Source: Lytechinus pictus (Eukaryota). Taken from it: a stretch of DNA of 64,000 bases. Below, in pieces: positions 62,001 through 64,000 of the stretch; the first letter of the stretch is position 1; each line of letters starts with the position of its first letter. The position numbers and the translations under genes were made by a program. Below the pieces are notes generated by a model. It saw only the letters and a program-made list of their open reading frames with translations, ran no database searches and had not been told where the DNA came from. The stretch is taken from assembly GCF_037042905.1 (NCBI RefSeq), contig NC_087248.1:23374001-23438000 (forward strand), in the 5' to 3' direction.

Positions 62001-64000
62001 TGCCAGAGGATACAAAGAGCAACTATAATTACCCCGGCTTCAGCTGGAGCTGCAACTTTTCATTAAATGCATTTCTTGATACCAAGGATGGGATACTTGA
62101 TAAGAAAAATTGGATTCAAGGAGGCAATGGCTTGGTCTGTGCCTGCAGACTTTTGGTTTTCAGAATTCGCATTGTGCATAATGCAGAGTTTGAAGTAGTG
62201 AGACTATAGATTCACTATGGCTCTTACTTGACAGTGACAGAGATTTTGGAATCTAGTCTTCACTCAAGACATGGTATAATTGGTTTAAGTGTCAAACATG
62301 AGTCTGTGCTTGTAGACTAGCAATGGCTGGCCCCATGTATTATGGAGGCTAAGTTGTTATATGCTGGCTCCAGTGTATAGGTGTGACAGACACATATAGA
62401 AGGTTCTTTCTCTTAGAATGGGTGATTAAATAGAGGGCATAATGGAAGAATGGCGGTCTACTAAAGAGTTAAACGAGGAAAGTGAGACTTTATGTGATAT
62501 CAGATTGACAGGAAAAAAGCACACTTTCTGAGAGGGAAACATATGAGAGCAGTCCACCTCTAAGTTATTATACACTGCAGGCACAGACCCTGATTGAAAT
62601 GTTGATAAACAAGTGGGTTTTCACACAAGACTAGCCAAAATGCAACTTGCTGTTCCATTGATATGAGAGGGACCTTAGTACAAAAGTCATTGGCAGAGAT
62701 TAGGCTGCATATTCAGGCCACTTTTCCTGAGTGAAGGGGTTGCACAGCAGACTTATGCTACTATGCCAATGGGCCCTACATGTATATACTCCTTAGGGCA
62801 TTTCATGAAACAGAATTTATGTTTCACCAAAGTAAGTTTCACTGACAACTGTTGTAAGCTACTACAAATCCTTACATCCGATTGGCTAAGAGTGAATTAG
62901 TCAGTGGAAATCACAGATAAAGTTTTTTTTGTGAAATCCTCCCCTGGTAGTTGATTAATGAAATGTGAATCTCCATCTAAAACCCATGATTAGTCAGGTA
63001 AAATGAATGAGAATTCAGTCAATACAGTTTGAAAAGAGCCGATCCTAAGCTTTCTCAAATTTCAAAATGAAACAATACTTGTAAAAATGTCTGAAATAGA
63101 ATCCCATTTATTCAAATGCACAGGAATTTGAAAGAGAAGTCATTTTGAAATGAAGCAAACTGTGTAAAAGCACATTAAGAATGAATTCATACTTGCACGT
63201 CCAAAGGAAGTATCAAGTACTTCCAGAATAAAGACATTCTACCCCATTCATTAATGTAGCATTGCAAGTTTGAGATAAGCTTAAAAGGATTCCAGAGAAA
63301 AGCCCCCTACTTTGTAACGAGAGATCCTCTCAAAGCGGCCGAATTTTGAACGGCCGCTGTTGACCCACCGATTCTCCCCAATCATTACGTTCGAGGAGCG
63401 CTTAATCTTCTATCAAGCATCCCGAGTGCAATCGTAAATAAGTCCGTTATGGGTGTAAACAAACCCCCCTTCAAAAGCGTTCTTTACCCTTGTCTTTTGG
63501 TAAATACCAATGGGGCATCGTGATGCAAGGTACATGTGACTCAAACTTTAGAGGTTTTCAGTCTGGTTTGGCAAAGTGAATGGGAGCTACTTTACCTTCT
63601 ACGACAGTGCTACAGGCAAAATCAATTGCATTTTGCCCACAGACATTGGACGGTGGTAGAGTATTATATGGAGGCTTTCATCATGATAAAGGTTTAAATT
63701 AGTCTGCCTGCACAGACTCTTTTTTGATACTTCAACCAATAACAGGTCTAGAGTGAAGACTAGACTCCAAAGATTCTGTCCTTGGTAGAGGCAGCCACAG
63801 TACATAGTGAATCTAGTCTCACTAATTCAGACTCTGCACTATGCACTTTGCGAATCGCGAAAAACCAAGGGTCTGTGCCGGCAGACTAGGTATAAATGCT
63901 CCATGAGACGTTATAAAATGATAGAAATTTTCGATAATATGTTACAGATGATCTGTTTGGGACAAAAGTTGTTCATTTACAGAAGCATAGTAACTCTTTT

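Overview
Eukaryotic, AT-rich, repeat-dense genomic DNA from an invertebrate. A deuterostome such as a sea urchin is my inference from the repeat types, not something the sequence proves. The window lies inside a dystrophin/utrophin-family gene on the minus strand. Only two exons are confidently coding: 10482-10654 (173 nt, phase 0->2) and 8687-8837 (151 nt, phase 2->0). They splice in frame and match human DMD exons 43 and 44 (as I recall them) in peptide, size and phase. The rest is intron (>53 kb upstream, >8.6 kb downstream), filled with short non-autonomous DNA transposons (Kolobok-like, Harbinger-like, Helentron-like), tRNA-derived SINEs, an RTE LINE 3' end, minisatellites, purine/pyrimidine tracts and two assembly gaps. 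Two things stand out. First, the 3' half of the exon-43-like exon and its splice donor occur in three extra diverged tandem copies, each with an open frame. Second, CpG-rich unique patches in the large upstream intron carry ATG plus splice-donor signatures, and two of them (32635-32677 and 19854-20011) chain in frame onto the exon-43-like exon. This suggests short dystrophin isoforms from internal promoters, but it is unproven. No prokaryotic-type systems are present, and nearly all ORFs in the supplied track are spurious.
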